A stretch of DNA of 64,000 bases, from contig JAGVNU010000076.1 in the NCBI GenBank assembly GCA_020053105.1, positions 8,005 to 72,004 on the forward strand, given 5' to 3'. The notes beneath the pieces are model-generated. The model worked only from the letters and a program-made list of their open reading frames with translations, was not told where the DNA came from and did no database searches. Of this stretch, positions 1 to 9,663 are shown one piece after another; positions within the stretch are counted from its first letter, which is position 1, and the number at the start of each line of letters is the position of its first letter. The DNA comes from Thermodesulfovibrionia bacterium (GTDB taxonomy: Bacteria; Nitrospirota; Thermodesulfovibrionia; UBA6902). Made by a program: the position numbers and the translations under genes.

Positions 1-147
1 GTCTTTCTGCACCTGCGAGACCTTGCCCAGCGCATCGTTAATGACTGAATCAAAACTGGTCCCCGGCTCATTCTTAAGTGAGTTTGTTTGAAGACCTTCA
101 CCCGAAATCATTTTACCGCCGATATCCTTAATAGGAAGATCTGTCAT
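1..147 (-). CDS. fliE: Flagellar hook-basal body protein FliE (N-terminal part; gene runs off the window)
   Basis: ATG at 147 is preceded by GGAGGT. The hand translation MTDLPIKDIGGKMISGEGLQTNSLKNEPGTSFDSVINDALGKVSQVQKD looks like a FliE N-terminus. It follows flgB-flgC, the usual flgBC-fliE order. Confidence 0.7.
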   Translation of the reverse strand, partial: MTDLPIKDIGGKMISGEGLQTNSLKNEPGTSFDSVINDALGKVSQVQKD

Positions 148-149
148 TT

Positions 150-554
150 TTACCTCCCGAGCTCAAGGGATTTCTGATACATCCCCTTTGATGTATTAAA
201 GGCCCTGACATTGGCTTCATACGCCCTGAATGCCATCATCATGTTTACCATTTCTTCGATAACGTTTATATTCGGCATAGAAACATTGCCATTTTCATCG
301 GCGTCCGGATGTCCCGGATCATAAATAACAATCGGCGGTTTCGTGTCCTCCACAATGCCCGATACCTTGACTCCGTCCAGACTCCGGTCAGCTTTTGCCT
401 TAACAGGCATTGTTTGAAATACAACGTCCTTTTTCACATAGGGACCGCCGTTTCCCGTTCTTGTTGTCTGAGCGTTCGCCAGGTTAGAGGCTATAGTGTT
501 CATCCTTACCCTCTGAGACTCAAGCGCGGACGAACTTACCTTGAATATATCCAT
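150..554 (-). CDS. flgC: Flagellar basal-body rod protein FlgC
   Basis: 134-aa ORF. The N-terminus SALESQRVRMNTIASNLANAQTTR and C-terminus EEMVNMMMAFRAYEANVRAF are classic rod-protein motifs. A GGAGGT Shine-Dalgarno precedes it. Confidence 0.93.
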   Translation of the reverse strand: MDIFKVSSSALESQRVRMNTIASNLANAQTTRTGNGGPYVKKDVVFQTMPVKAKADRSLDGVKVSGIVEDTKPPIVIYDPGHPDADENGNVSMPNINVIEEMVNMMMAFRAYEANVRAFNTSKGMYQKSLELGR

Positions 555-568
555 TAATTACCTCCACA

Positions 569-937
569 TTAACGCGTTCTTATCGCGTTCCTGTACATTC
601 TTATTTTTGAGTTTAATATTTTTAAAGATGCTTCATGTCTCAGGGAATTTTCCGTCATCTTGGCTACTTCGACATCAAGTTCAACATTATTGCGGTCACC
701 CCAGGATAGATCATTTTCCGTTATGACCGTGCCGCCGGCATTCCCTCCGTTTTTGCCTTGTATGTGTTTCGGGTCTGTAGTTGACATCCTGACTTCATTG
801 TTCAGGACGCCGCTAAACTTTACGTCCCTGGCCTTGTAACCCGGTGTATCTGAATTGGCGATATTGGAGGCAATCACCTTATGCCTCGTATTGGCCGCCT
901 GAATCATTTTATGAAGTATGCTGAAACTTTTATCCAT
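569..937 (-). CDS. flgB: Flagellar basal-body rod protein FlgB
   Basis: 122-aa ORF. HKVIASNIANSDTPGYKARDVKF is the FlgB signature. It lies directly upstream of flgC. Confidence 0.92.
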   Translation of the reverse strand: MDKSFSILHKMIQAANTRHKVIASNIANSDTPGYKARDVKFSGVLNNEVRMSTTDPKHIQGKNGGNAGGTVITENDLSWGDRNNVELDVEVAKMTENSLRHEASLKILNSKIRMYRNAIRTR

Positions 938-975
938 TCCACTCTCCTGTTCTGACCGCTATTCCTTCATTATCT

Positions 976-991
976 ATCAAGAACCATGCCA
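976..991 (-). promoter_or_regulatory. Candidate sigma-54 promoter for flgB-flgC-fliE
   Basis: The minus strand reads TGGCATGgttcTTGAT. This has correct GG-N10 spacing against TGGCACG-N4-TTGC, but the -12 element is GA rather than GC. It sits about 40 nt upstream of the flgB ATG and directly downstream of a sigma-54 activator gene. Confidence 0.4.
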
Positions 992-1210
992 TGATAATTA
1001 AATTCTGCCCATGCAGATATCAATTCACAAAACAACGATCACATACAGAGTCATGATAGCCAAACCCCTTGAATGTTTTAAGAATTTGGTAATTGGAATT
1101 TGTTTGTAATTTGGGATTTGCAAATTGGGATTTCGGCATTTCAATTACATCCGTGCGTTTAAAGGTCATATCCGGCAAATTTACGTCTGTTTTTTGACAG
1201 TGCCTTTTTT

Positions 1211-2518
1211 TCATACAGCAGGAAATTTTTTCCCATATCCGTTCAGTTTATTTCTGATCGTCCTCACACTGACTCCGAGAAGCTTGGCAGCCTGGGTTTT
1301 ATTGCCGTTTGTTGTATCAAGTGTTTTGGCTATAAGGTCCATTTCCATATCTTTTATACTTCCTTCATTTGCCGTGACTTGTGATACACTTCCTTCAAGC
1401 ATAAAATCCTCGACCCCTATCAATTCACTACGGGCAATAAGGACCGCCCGGTGGACTGCGTTTTCAAGCTCCCTTATGTTTCCCTTCCATCGCCTTGTCT
1501 TCAAAAATTCGGCAGCCTCATCAGTAAAGCCCGCAATCGATTTACTGAGCTCCTTCGAAAACTTCTCCGCAAAATGCCCGGCGAGCAGTTTGATGTCTTC
1601 AGGCCTTTCGCGCAGCGGCGGCAGCTGGATCGGAAACACGCTCAGCCTGAAATACAGGTCCTCTCTGAATCTCCCCTCCGCAATCTCTTTCTGCAGGTCC
1701 CTGTTTGTGGTGGCAATGACCCTGACATCCACAGGGAGCGGCTGCTTTCCGCCTATCCTGTCTATTTCTTTTTCCTGCAGCACCCGCAGCAGTTTTGCCT
1801 GCAGGGTTGAAGTCATTTCGCCGATTTCATCAAGTAAAATAGTCCCCCCGTGGGCCAGTTCGAATTTACCGGCCTTTTTGTCTACTGCGCCGGTAAAGGC
1901 CCCTTTTTCATGCCCGAAGAGCTCTGATTCCAACAGGTTGTCAGGAATGGCCGCGCAGTTTACCGCCACAAGGGTCTTTTTGTTTCTCCGGCTTGCCTTA
2001 TGAATATACCTCGCAAGGACCTCCTTGCCGGTCCCGCTTTCACCAAGGATGAGGACTGTCATATCGCTTGCAGCAACACTGCCCGTGAGCTGCAGGAGGC
2101 TCTTCATGTTTCCATCGGATGTTATTATCTCTTTGCTGTTATTGCTGTCCCTGGACATTATCGTTTCAATAGTATTTGTCAGGTCCTCAAAGGAGAACGG
2201 TTTGATCAGATAATCACATACCCCCTCTTTCATTACGTCCACCGCGTTTTCAACTGTCGCATAACCGGTGATTACAAGAATAGGAAGACTCCCGATTCTT
2301 TTTCTCGCCTCCCTGATAAATGACAGCCCGTCCATTTTCGGCATCTTCATGTCGGTAATAATCATGGACACGGACATGTCTTCAAGCTTTTTTAATGCGT
2401 CAACCGGGTCTTCGGCAACAACCGACTGATAGCCCATCCTCATGACGGCCTCTTTCATAGCGGCCCTCATCTGCTGGTCATCGTCCACGACAAGTATTGA
2501 TTTCATGTTTTCATTCAT
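1211..2518 (-). CDS. Sigma-54-dependent response regulator (REC + AAA+ + Fis-type HTH), FlrC/FleR-like by context
   Basis: 435-aa ORF with a receiver domain (ILVVDDD...ITDMKMPKMDG), Walker A GESGTGKE, the GAFTGA loop and a C-terminal HTH (AAKLLGVSVRTIRNK). It lies next to flgB. Confidence 0.9.
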   Translation of the reverse strand: MNENMKSILVVDDDQQMRAAMKEAVMRMGYQSVVAEDPVDALKKLEDMSVSMIITDMKMPKMDGLSFIREARKRIGSLPILVITGYATVENAVDVMKEGVCDYLIKPFSFEDLTNTIETIMSRDSNNSKEIITSDGNMKSLLQLTGSVAASDMTVLILGESGTGKEVLARYIHKASRRNKKTLVAVNCAAIPDNLLESELFGHEKGAFTGAVDKKAGKFELAHGGTILLDEIGEMTSTLQAKLLRVLQEKEIDRIGGKQPLPVDVRVIATTNRDLQKEIAEGRFREDLYFRLSVFPIQLPPLRERPEDIKLLAGHFAEKFSKELSKSIAGFTDEAAEFLKTRRWKGNIRELENAVHRAVLIARSELIGVEDFMLEGSVSQVTANEGSIKDMEMDLIAKTLDTTNGNKTQAAKLLGVSVRTIRNKLNGYGKKFPAV

Positions 2519-2520
2519 CT

Positions 2521-3720
2521 TTATTTACCCGCTTTTTCATATAATATTTGTTGAACGTCGTCACTGACTTTCTTTATGTTTACATTTGGAAAAGAAACGC
2601 AGAATGTGCTGCCCTTTTCCTGGTTTCTATATGCCCTTATGAAGCCGTCATGGGTCTGCATAATTTTATTGGCAATGGCAAGCCCCAGTCCTGTCCCCTT
2701 GTCCTTTGTGCTGAAAAAAGGGTCAAATATTTTTTCAATGTTCTCCGGACTGATGCCCTCTCCGTCATCGATGACGGACACAGTCACATATTCATCGTTA
2801 ACGTCCGTGGCAATTTTCAGATGGCCTCCGCCGGGCATGGCCTGCACCGCATTCAGGATTATATTCATGAATACCTGTTTCAATAATTCCATGTCACTGC
2901 GCACGACCACACGGGACGTAACCTGAGCAAGCTTAATTCCTCTTATTTGTATAAGGGGAATAAGCATGTTAACTGATTCCGAAATAGCCTCAGAAAGTTC
3001 TATGTCCGTAAAAGCAGGTTTTTGAGGCTTTGCGAAAAAAAGCATATTGGTAAGAATATTATTCAGACTCTTGATGCCTGTGGAGATACCGTTTGCCATA
3101 TCGGAATGGGACGTGTCTTTGAGATCGTTGGAAAGCATGGTTGAGAAAAGCTCAATACTGCATAAGGGGCTTCTTATCTCGTGGACTATTTTTGCGGCCA
3201 TTTCACCCATGGATATGAGCCTCTGATTTCGTTCGTGCTGACGCTCAAGCTCCTTGATCCTTGTGATGTCCTTGATCAAAACCACATAGCCCCTGACCGA
3301 ACCTTCCGGCCCTGATACGGTTGATCGGGAGAGTATTACATCATAAGTCGTCTCCTTCACAGTCAGTCTTGTGCCTGAGGTGCTTTCTTCTACAGAGAAG
3401 GGCAGATCGCGAAACATCATCCCTGTGACATCCTGTTTACGTGAACAAAGAAGGTCCTCTGCCGCCCTGTTAAGCATCGTTACCCTGTCTTCCTGGTCAA
3501 GGACTATTATTGCTTCTCCTATGCTCTGTAACACCGCCTGCAGATAATCTTTTGACTCACCTACTTCCAGGACCGCCCTGTTGAGCTGTGTGTTCTTCTG
3601 TTCCAGTTCCAGCGTAAGATACTGGACCTTTTCCCGGAGTTTTTCGTAGTATGTCTCTAAGCTTCTGGATGCCTGCGTGAAATTATGGAAGGCCTCATTC
3701 AGCTTGACCGCTTTCTCCAC
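2521..3720 (-). CDS. Cytoplasmic PAS sensor histidine kinase, FlrB/FleS-like by context
   Basis: Contains a PAS region, the H-box VHEIRSPL and HATPase motifs (DDGEGI, GTGLGLAI). I prefer the GTG start at 3720, which has AAGGAGG about 8 nt upstream and overlaps the upstream stop as TAGTG. The alternative ATG at 3873 would overlap the upstream gene by 153 nt. Confidence 0.85.
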   Translation of the reverse strand: MEKAVKLNEAFHNFTQASRSLETYYEKLREKVQYLTLELEQKNTQLNRAVLEVGESKDYLQAVLQSIGEAIIVLDQEDRVTMLNRAAEDLLCSRKQDVTGMMFRDLPFSVEESTSGTRLTVKETTYDVILSRSTVSGPEGSVRGYVVLIKDITRIKELERQHERNQRLISMGEMAAKIVHEIRSPLCSIELFSTMLSNDLKDTSHSDMANGISTGIKSLNNILTNMLFFAKPQKPAFTDIELSEAISESVNMLIPLIQIRGIKLAQVTSRVVVRSDMELLKQVFMNIILNAVQAMPGGGHLKIATDVNDEYVTVSVIDDGEGISPENIEKIFDPFFSTKDKGTGLGLAIANKIMQTHDGFIRAYRNQEKGSTFCVSFPNVNIKKVSDDVQQILYEKAGK

Positions 3721-5999
3721 TAATACACCTCCTTGACCCTGTTCATGAGACTCATTTCCATCAGCTTTGACTTTGCCAGTCGGGCGAAAAGATTGTCTCC
3801 TTTTTGCAGGCGGTTTAAAATGTCTTCCGATCCCGGCATGGCAGTGTCCCTTGCCAGCCTGTACATGACCCATTCGTTTTCAGGACTCTTCTCTCCGGCT
3901 ATCCTGTAATATTTGAGTGATTTATTCGTGTCGTCAGTCGCGTAGAGGATATCGGCAAAATCAATATACGCCTCCGCATCCCAATCGGCCCCATTTAATT
4001 TATTTTCATAAAAAGCAATTGCCCTCTGCACATCTTTCATCTCCGAATCATCTATATCCGATATAATATTCCCAAGGAGTAAGAGGTCGCCCTTTTCTAT
4101 CTCCTTTATCATCATAATCTGCTGTAATGCGGCTGTCTGCTCTCCTTCTGAACGAAGTATCTTTGCTTCGACTCTTAAAACCGTGTCTCCGGTCTCCCTG
4201 GTAGATTTTGCAACATCTATATATTCACGAGACATATCGGCGTTGCCGATGCCGCTATAATAATCCGCAAGATCAACTGCCGCCTTGCCCCTTACATTTT
4301 CAGACGCATTTTCAACAAGCCATGAACACAAATCAACAAACGGTTTCCCTTCATGCCTCAGACGTTTGACGACCTTCAGCAGAAACTCTTCTCTTGTTCC
4401 GTCAACAAGCCATTGTCCAACCTCACTCCATAACTTTACGAACGTCAAACCGTCCGTTGATGATTTCTCACTTGTTTCAGTCACGATTTCCTCCAGCGTG
4501 CTGAAGGCATCTGCCGGAGGCTGCTTCCCATAAACCAGTTCTTTCAGCAGGGAAACGGCCTCCTTTACCCTGCCCCCCTTTTTGTAAATTTTGGACAGAA
4601 GAAGAAGTGTGTCTTTGTACATGTTAGAATCAATATGATTATGCCTGATTTCCTCCAGGCTTGCTGTCGCCTCCTTGAACTTTCCTTCCTTCAGATATGC
4701 CAGCGATGAATTAAATAAGGCCTGCACCTTTATCTTTTGGTCTTTTGATTGGGCCGCTGAGTTAAACTGCTTGACTGCCTCCTTAATGTTTGACTCTTCC
4801 ATGGATATGAGGCCCATGCTGATAATTGCATTGTCCCTGAAAGGCCCTGACTCTATTTGTGACAAATGCTTTTTGGCATTGTCCATGTCTCCCGACATAC
4901 GCATATTCTCACCTAAAAGAAAATTGGTTTCCGGGGAACTCTTAAGATAGGCATTGTCAAGGGCCAGGGCTTCGTCATATGTCTTCTTTGCCTCGGCAAC
5001 CATTTCCAGTTTCTGCAGAGTATTAGCCATGCCATATAGGACCTCAGGGCTTCTGCCGGATTTATCATAATACGCACGCGCCTCCTGGAAAAGACCGATC
5101 TTATAGAGGCTTTCAGCAAGCCCGAAATAGGCTTTCTCAATATATCTCGAAGACGGGAAGTCCCTGATAAATACGAGATAGTCGGCCCTTGCTTCATAAA
5201 TGAGTTTTAATTCGAGGTACACACCGGCCCTTTTTAAAAGCGCCTGTTCCTTTAATGCATTATCGGTTGCATAAATATACGCCAGCCTCAGGTATTTGAC
5301 GGCATCCGGATACTGCTTTGCCATTATGTTTGCTTTTGCATGAATATAATTTAATGCTGCAAGGGACTCAGCATTGACCGGTTTATGACTGGGAAGCTCC
5401 TTCAATACGGAATAGAAGTTCCCGGCTTCCAGCAGCGACCACATCGCTTTATATTTTTCAGGTATAAAATTTTTTTCATTATAGTCTTTTTCCGGCTTTA
5501 CCGTAACGTTTCTGTCTGTATGGACAGCATGGTCATTAAGGGAAATTTCGGGCAGCGCACTGGTTTTAGTTCTTTCTGTTTTTTCTATCTCAGGCTTTGG
5601 TTCTGATCCGGCCTGTTTATTTACTATTTCTTTCTGCGGATAGACATCGATTACATAACGACCCGGATCTTTGAGGGAATACGCCTTCAGCCTCCCTGCC
5701 TGCTTCAGAGAAAACATTACTGCATCTTTATCTGCTATACATGAAAACGGCAGACCCGTTTTATTTATTTCAAAGTTCTTATCAGCAAACCTGACAATTA
5801 TGTCTTTGCCTTGCTGACTGACCTTCCCCACAGAGACGATGGACTCGTGTCCTTCAAAAACAATCCTCATGAAACCGGAATGTTCGCCAGCCCTGATTTG
5901 TAATAAATCCGGCTCCCCTTCAGGCACAGAAGCAACTGCAATATTCAGGAGCGGGAAAAGAGTGATTAACATGAATACAACGACACGTAAGTATTTCAT
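3720..5999 (-). CDS. Secreted or periplasmic TPR-repeat protein with an AMIN-like N-terminal domain
   Basis: 759-aa ORF with a signal peptide (MKYLRVVVFMLITLFPLLNIAVASV). A beta-rich segment (LLQIRAGEHSGFMRIVFEG...IIVRFAD) tentatively resembles an AMIN domain. Many TPR-like helical repeats follow. Confidence 0.75.
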   Translation of the reverse strand: MKYLRVVVFMLITLFPLLNIAVASVPEGEPDLLQIRAGEHSGFMRIVFEGHESIVSVGKVSQQGKDIIVRFADKNFEINKTGLPFSCIADKDAVMFSLKQAGRLKAYSLKDPGRYVIDVYPQKEIVNKQAGSEPKPEIEKTERTKTSALPEISLNDHAVHTDRNVTVKPEKDYNEKNFIPEKYKAMWSLLEAGNFYSVLKELPSHKPVNAESLAALNYIHAKANIMAKQYPDAVKYLRLAYIYATDNALKEQALLKRAGVYLELKLIYEARADYLVFIRDFPSSRYIEKAYFGLAESLYKIGLFQEARAYYDKSGRSPEVLYGMANTLQKLEMVAEAKKTYDEALALDNAYLKSSPETNFLLGENMRMSGDMDNAKKHLSQIESGPFRDNAIISMGLISMEESNIKEAVKQFNSAAQSKDQKIKVQALFNSSLAYLKEGKFKEATASLEEIRHNHIDSNMYKDTLLLLSKIYKKGGRVKEAVSLLKELVYGKQPPADAFSTLEEIVTETSEKSSTDGLTFVKLWSEVGQWLVDGTREEFLLKVVKRLRHEGKPFVDLCSWLVENASENVRGKAAVDLADYYSGIGNADMSREYIDVAKSTRETGDTVLRVEAKILRSEGEQTAALQQIMMIKEIEKGDLLLLGNIISDIDDSEMKDVQRAIAFYENKLNGADWDAEAYIDFADILYATDDTNKSLKYYRIAGEKSPENEWVMYRLARDTAMPGSEDILNRLQKGDNLFARLAKSKLMEMSLMNRVKEVY

Positions 6000-6012
6000 G
6001 CCGTTAATAAAA

Positions 6013-6027
6013 GCAATTAGTGTGCCA
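6013..6027 (-). promoter_or_regulatory. Sigma-54 promoter (near-perfect consensus)
   Basis: The minus strand reads TTGGCACactaaTTGCTT, which fits TGGCAC-N5-TTGC. Only 13 nt separate the -12 C from the ATG at 5999. Confidence 0.65.
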
Positions 6028-6131
6028 AAATTAACTGCCTATTTTTAAAAGAATCTGACCTGGAGGTGCGTCATATAGATGACGTTTGGGTTTTTGTCGG
6101 GGAGATGATTTATCTCTGTTTGAAATTATTT

Positions 6132-7526
6132 TTATTTTGGAGAAGTTCCGAACTCTATCGCCTTTTTCTTCATCTTCTCAATAAGCGTAGTCCTGTTGAG
6201 ACCCAGAAGACTTGCTGCCTTGCTCTTGACGCCTTTTGATATCTCCAGCGCCTGTATTATCATATTATTTTCTATCTCATCAAGCATCATATTCAGGTCA
6301 ACTCCCTCAGAAGATAATTCCTGCCGCTCGCTTGAAGGCGCCTTTTCATCATGATGCTTCTCACGTAATCTTTCCGGAAGGTCCTCAAGGCTGACATCAT
6401 CACCTTCCTTGAGGATCGTCAGCCTTTCAATGAGATTTTCAAGCTCGCGAACATTGCCGGGCCACCTGTAATTGACCATACAATTCATTACTTCCGTGGA
6501 AATTCTGGGCTGGTCTTTTTTCTTCCTTTTTGAAATATCTTCGATAAAATGACCGACAAGCAACGGAATATCTTCCTTCATTTTCCTCAGCTGGGGCAGA
6601 TGCATTGGTATTACATTTAACCTGTAATAAAGATCTTCCCTGAATGTTCCGTCTTTTACAGCCTTCTCCAGGTCCCTGTTTGTAGCAGCGAGTATTCGGA
6701 CATCAACCTTAATTGTCTTAATGCCCCCCACTCTTTCAAACTCTTTTTCCTGGAGCACCCTTAACAGTTTAACCTGAAGGGCCGGGGCCAGCTCCGCTAT
6801 TTCGTCAAGAAACAGGGTACCGAAATTGGCGAGTTCAAAACGTCCGATCCTCGTATTAATAGCCCCGGTGAATGCGCCTTTTTCATGGCCAAACAATTCA
6901 GACTCAAGAATGTCCTTCGGAATAGCAGCGCAATTTAAAGGGATAAAAGGTTTTTTGGACCGTAAACTGTTGTAATGTATTGTCTTGGCGACAAGTTCTT
7001 TTCCGGTTCCGCTCTCCCCGGTAATCAGCACCGTACTGTCAGTATCGGCGATCTTCTCAATAAATTTAATGACATTTTGTATCGGTAAGGAGTTTCCTAC
7101 AATCTTGTTGTAACCGAATTTCTTTTTCAGTTCCTGCTTCAGCCGTGTGTTTTCCTCCTGAAGCCTGGATACGTCCAGGGCCCGTTTGATGGCTAAATAA
7201 AATTCTTCGAGGTTAAAAGGTTTGGTAATATAATCAAAGGCCCCGAGTTTCATCGCTTCCACAGCGGTCTGCACTGTTGCATGAGCGGTTATGACGATTG
7301 AGGGGACATCTATTTTTTCAGCAGCCGTCTCCCTCAGGACATCCAGTCCGCTCATGCCCGGCATCATGAGATCCAGCAAAAAAAGGTTGAATTTTTCCTC
7401 TTTGAGATGATTCAGGCCTGACTCGCCGTCAGGGGTCGAAACAACCTCCATGCCTTTGCTTTCAAGAAAATCCTTTAATAATTCCCGGATGGATTCTTCG
7501 TCGTCAATAACCAGTATGCGATGCAT
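6132..7526 (-). CDS. Sigma-54-dependent response regulator (NtrC family)
   Basis: 464-aa ORF with a receiver domain (ILVIDDE...LLDLMMPGMSG), GESGTGKE, GAFTGA and a C-terminal HTH (AASLLGLNRTTLIEKMKK). Confidence 0.9.
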   Translation of the reverse strand: MHRILVIDDEESIRELLKDFLESKGMEVVSTPDGESGLNHLKEEKFNLFLLDLMMPGMSGLDVLRETAAEKIDVPSIVITAHATVQTAVEAMKLGAFDYITKPFNLEEFYLAIKRALDVSRLQEENTRLKQELKKKFGYNKIVGNSLPIQNVIKFIEKIADTDSTVLITGESGTGKELVAKTIHYNSLRSKKPFIPLNCAAIPKDILESELFGHEKGAFTGAINTRIGRFELANFGTLFLDEIAELAPALQVKLLRVLQEKEFERVGGIKTIKVDVRILAATNRDLEKAVKDGTFREDLYYRLNVIPMHLPQLRKMKEDIPLLVGHFIEDISKRKKKDQPRISTEVMNCMVNYRWPGNVRELENLIERLTILKEGDDVSLEDLPERLREKHHDEKAPSSERQELSSEGVDLNMMLDEIENNMIIQALEISKGVKSKAASLLGLNRTTLIEKMKKKAIEFGTSPK

Positions 7527-7739
7527 ACGACTATATTGCCATAATACGACAACAACGTCAACACTTTGACAGCTTTTTTTATTACGTATTTGCTTTGGAT
7601 AAATACCTGCTTTTTATCTGCGGTAAGTTAAAGAGGAAAAAGGTGCATAGTTACAAGAGTGGCTGATATAGCTGATATATTAATGAGGGTTTATTTCTAC
7701 TGTTTTTTTTTCTGCGCTTTGTTCATGCCAAGTGTTTTT

Positions 7740-8642
7740 TCAACTCATTGGCATGACTCTGTTGCGTCCCTCTCGTTTGGCCCTGTAAAGCGCCTCGTCT
7801 GCCTTTTGGATAAACACCTCCGCAGAGCCAACCTCGTCATTGAGTCCCGCGACTCCGAGACTGATAGTAATTTTAATAATTGCCTGATTAAAATTATTTT
7901 CCATTTCCATTACCGCATTTCTGAACCGTTCAGCTGCCTGCATCGCACCATCGAATTTCGTTTCCGGAAGCATACAGCAAAACTCCTCCCCTCCATACCG
8001 GAAAAGATAATCTACATTTCTGATTATAGAAGATATCCTTGAACTGACTGATTTCAGGACAAAATCACCGCACTGATGCCCATAGCCATCGTTGACCTTT
8101 TTAAAGAAATCTATATCGAACATTACTAAGCTTAATTCACCACCATATCTTTTACACCTGCCAAACTCTTCTCTGAGTTTTACTTCAAAATATCTTCTGT
8201 TAAATATCCCTGTAAGACCATCCTTCAAATTCAATTCAACAAGTTTATGCTCATATACGGCCACTTCCGTTACATCCTGGATATAAATAAATAAATTCTG
8301 AATGAAGTTGTTCTCATCGCGGAGAGGCCCCATGACACAATTCTGCTGCATATACTCAAAGGTAGACTCAAAGTAGCTGGTCGATTTAAACGGGAACAGG
8401 TAATGGTGGAGCTTCTGTGAAAAAAAACCGAAATTACCAAAAGAAAACACTGACTTGCAACTGCGTTGAAATTTGGGATTATTCAGATTGGGAAAAGTCT
8501 CAAAAATGGGTGATCCTATGATTTTCTCCTCGGTAATACCACTGTGGACTTCCATCCAGCGGTTCCATTTTTGAACTTTGAGATCCCTGTCAAGGATGAC
8601 AAGACCGATATTTATGGCATCAAAAATCTGATTAAATATCAT
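7740..8642 (-). CDS. PAS-GGDEF diguanylate cyclase
   Basis: 300-aa ORF with an N-terminal PAS-like region, an intact GGEEF motif and an RxxD I-site (RNVD) 5 residues upstream of it. Confidence 0.88.
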   Translation of the reverse strand: MIFNQIFDAINIGLVILDRDLKVQKWNRWMEVHSGITEEKIIGSPIFETFPNLNNPKFQRSCKSVFSFGNFGFFSQKLHHYLFPFKSTSYFESTFEYMQQNCVMGPLRDENNFIQNLFIYIQDVTEVAVYEHKLVELNLKDGLTGIFNRRYFEVKLREEFGRCKRYGGELSLVMFDIDFFKKVNDGYGHQCGDFVLKSVSSRISSIIRNVDYLFRYGGEEFCCMLPETKFDGAMQAAERFRNAVMEMENNFNQAIIKITISLGVAGLNDEVGSAEVFIQKADEALYRAKREGRNRVMPMS

Positions 8643-9283
8643 TCGTATTGTTCAATGAACAAACGCAGAGCTTCTTTCATCCATGAAACAGAATCGTTAC
8701 TGGTTATCAAAAACAGGAAACCGCTGACATCCCCCTCATCGAAACAGAAGTCAGTTTTTAAAACGATGGCGGTATTATCCGGATCATATCTGTTCTCTGC
8801 AATCGCATCACTGTAATCTCTTTCAACGACAACCATGGGGGGGGTATATGTTACTACATCCTTAAGCAGTTCGGCGAGCTTACCCACACAAGCCCCGATG
8901 AGGATGTTTCCGACTTCCATTAATGTTTCTCTTTCCAGTATGTCTATAGGGTCGGATTCAAAACCGGTCTTTGTTTCATGCTGAAGCATTTTAATCAGCT
9001 CTCTGCCGGCGCCGGAAGAAAAAACCAGGAGGGCATCTCCCTTAAATCTGCCCCAGAATTTCTGTTCGACAATGCTGATTGTTTTATACTCTTTTACATG
9101 GTCCTTAAAATAAGCCGGGAGATCAGGCACCTGCATTATCTTGATAAAAGGCACACTTAAAACCACATGCGTATCGATAACATCCGCAAGGTCGGCCGCC
9201 GACTTTCCAAAGGAAATGTTCATTATTTCCTGGAGGATCTCTATTTCTTCATCTGACAGAATTTTTTCTTCCTGCATGTTCAT
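8639..9283 (-). CDS. CheC/CheX-family phosphatase-like protein
   Basis: 214-aa ORF with two CheC-type E-x2-N segments (EILQEIMNISFGKSAADLA and ETLMEVGNILIGACVGKLA). It overlaps the GGDEF gene by an ATGA junction. Confidence 0.7.
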   Translation of the reverse strand: MNMQEEKILSDEEIEILQEIMNISFGKSAADLADVIDTHVVLSVPFIKIMQVPDLPAYFKDHVKEYKTISIVEQKFWGRFKGDALLVFSSGAGRELIKMLQHETKTGFESDPIDILERETLMEVGNILIGACVGKLAELLKDVVTYTPPMVVVERDYSDAIAENRYDPDNTAIVLKTDFCFDEGDVSGFLFLITSNDSVSWMKEALRLFIEQYE

Positions 9284-9285
9284 CT

Positions 9286-9663
9286 TTAGACTTTCTGCAA
9301 AGTATCCTTCACCTTCAACAAGGCAGATTGAATGTCCTCTCTTTTTAAAGGCTTCTTTAATACCATATAGGCCCCCAACTCCATTACCCTTTTGATCGCT
9401 TTCATCTGAACATCGGCTGTAACGACAATAATTACAGCGTTTTTATCATGGGCTATTATTGCTTCAATTGCCTCATATCCGGTCATGACCGGCATGGTCA
9501 AATCCATAAATGTCACGTCCGGGGTGAGGTCTTTATATTTCTCAAAACCTTCCCTGCCGTCACCTGCCTCAAAGAATTCATATCCCTGGTCCTTAGGCAG
9601 ACAGCTTTTAAGCATCTTCCTTGCAATCGGCGAATCATCTACAATTAATATTTTTTTTATCAT
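9286..9663 (-). CDS. CheY-like single-domain response regulator
   Basis: Receiver motifs ILIVDDS, FMDLTMPVMTG, VVTA and LKKP are present. I prefer the ATG at 9663; a TTG at 9687 is also open. Neither start has a good Shine-Dalgarno. Confidence 0.85.
   Translation of the reverse strand: MIKKILIVDDSPIARKMLKSCLPKDQGYEFFEAGDGREGFEKYKDLTPDVTFMDLTMPVMTGYEAIEAIIAHDKNAVIIVVTADVQMKAIKRVMELGAYMVLKKPLKREDIQSALLKVKDTLQKV

Noticed and set aside
1125-2003. The 292-aa plus-strand ORF.
   Set aside because: It is antisense to a well-supported sigma-54 activator gene. The sequence is low-complexity and Ser/Leu/Phe-rich, typical of a shadow ORF.
2521-3873. The longest ORF (ATG at 3873) as the histidine kinase start.
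   Set aside because: It would overlap the TPR gene by 153 nt with a Gly/Lys/His-rich, non-kinase-like N-terminus. The GTG at 3720 has a strong AAGGAGG and a typical stop-start overlap.
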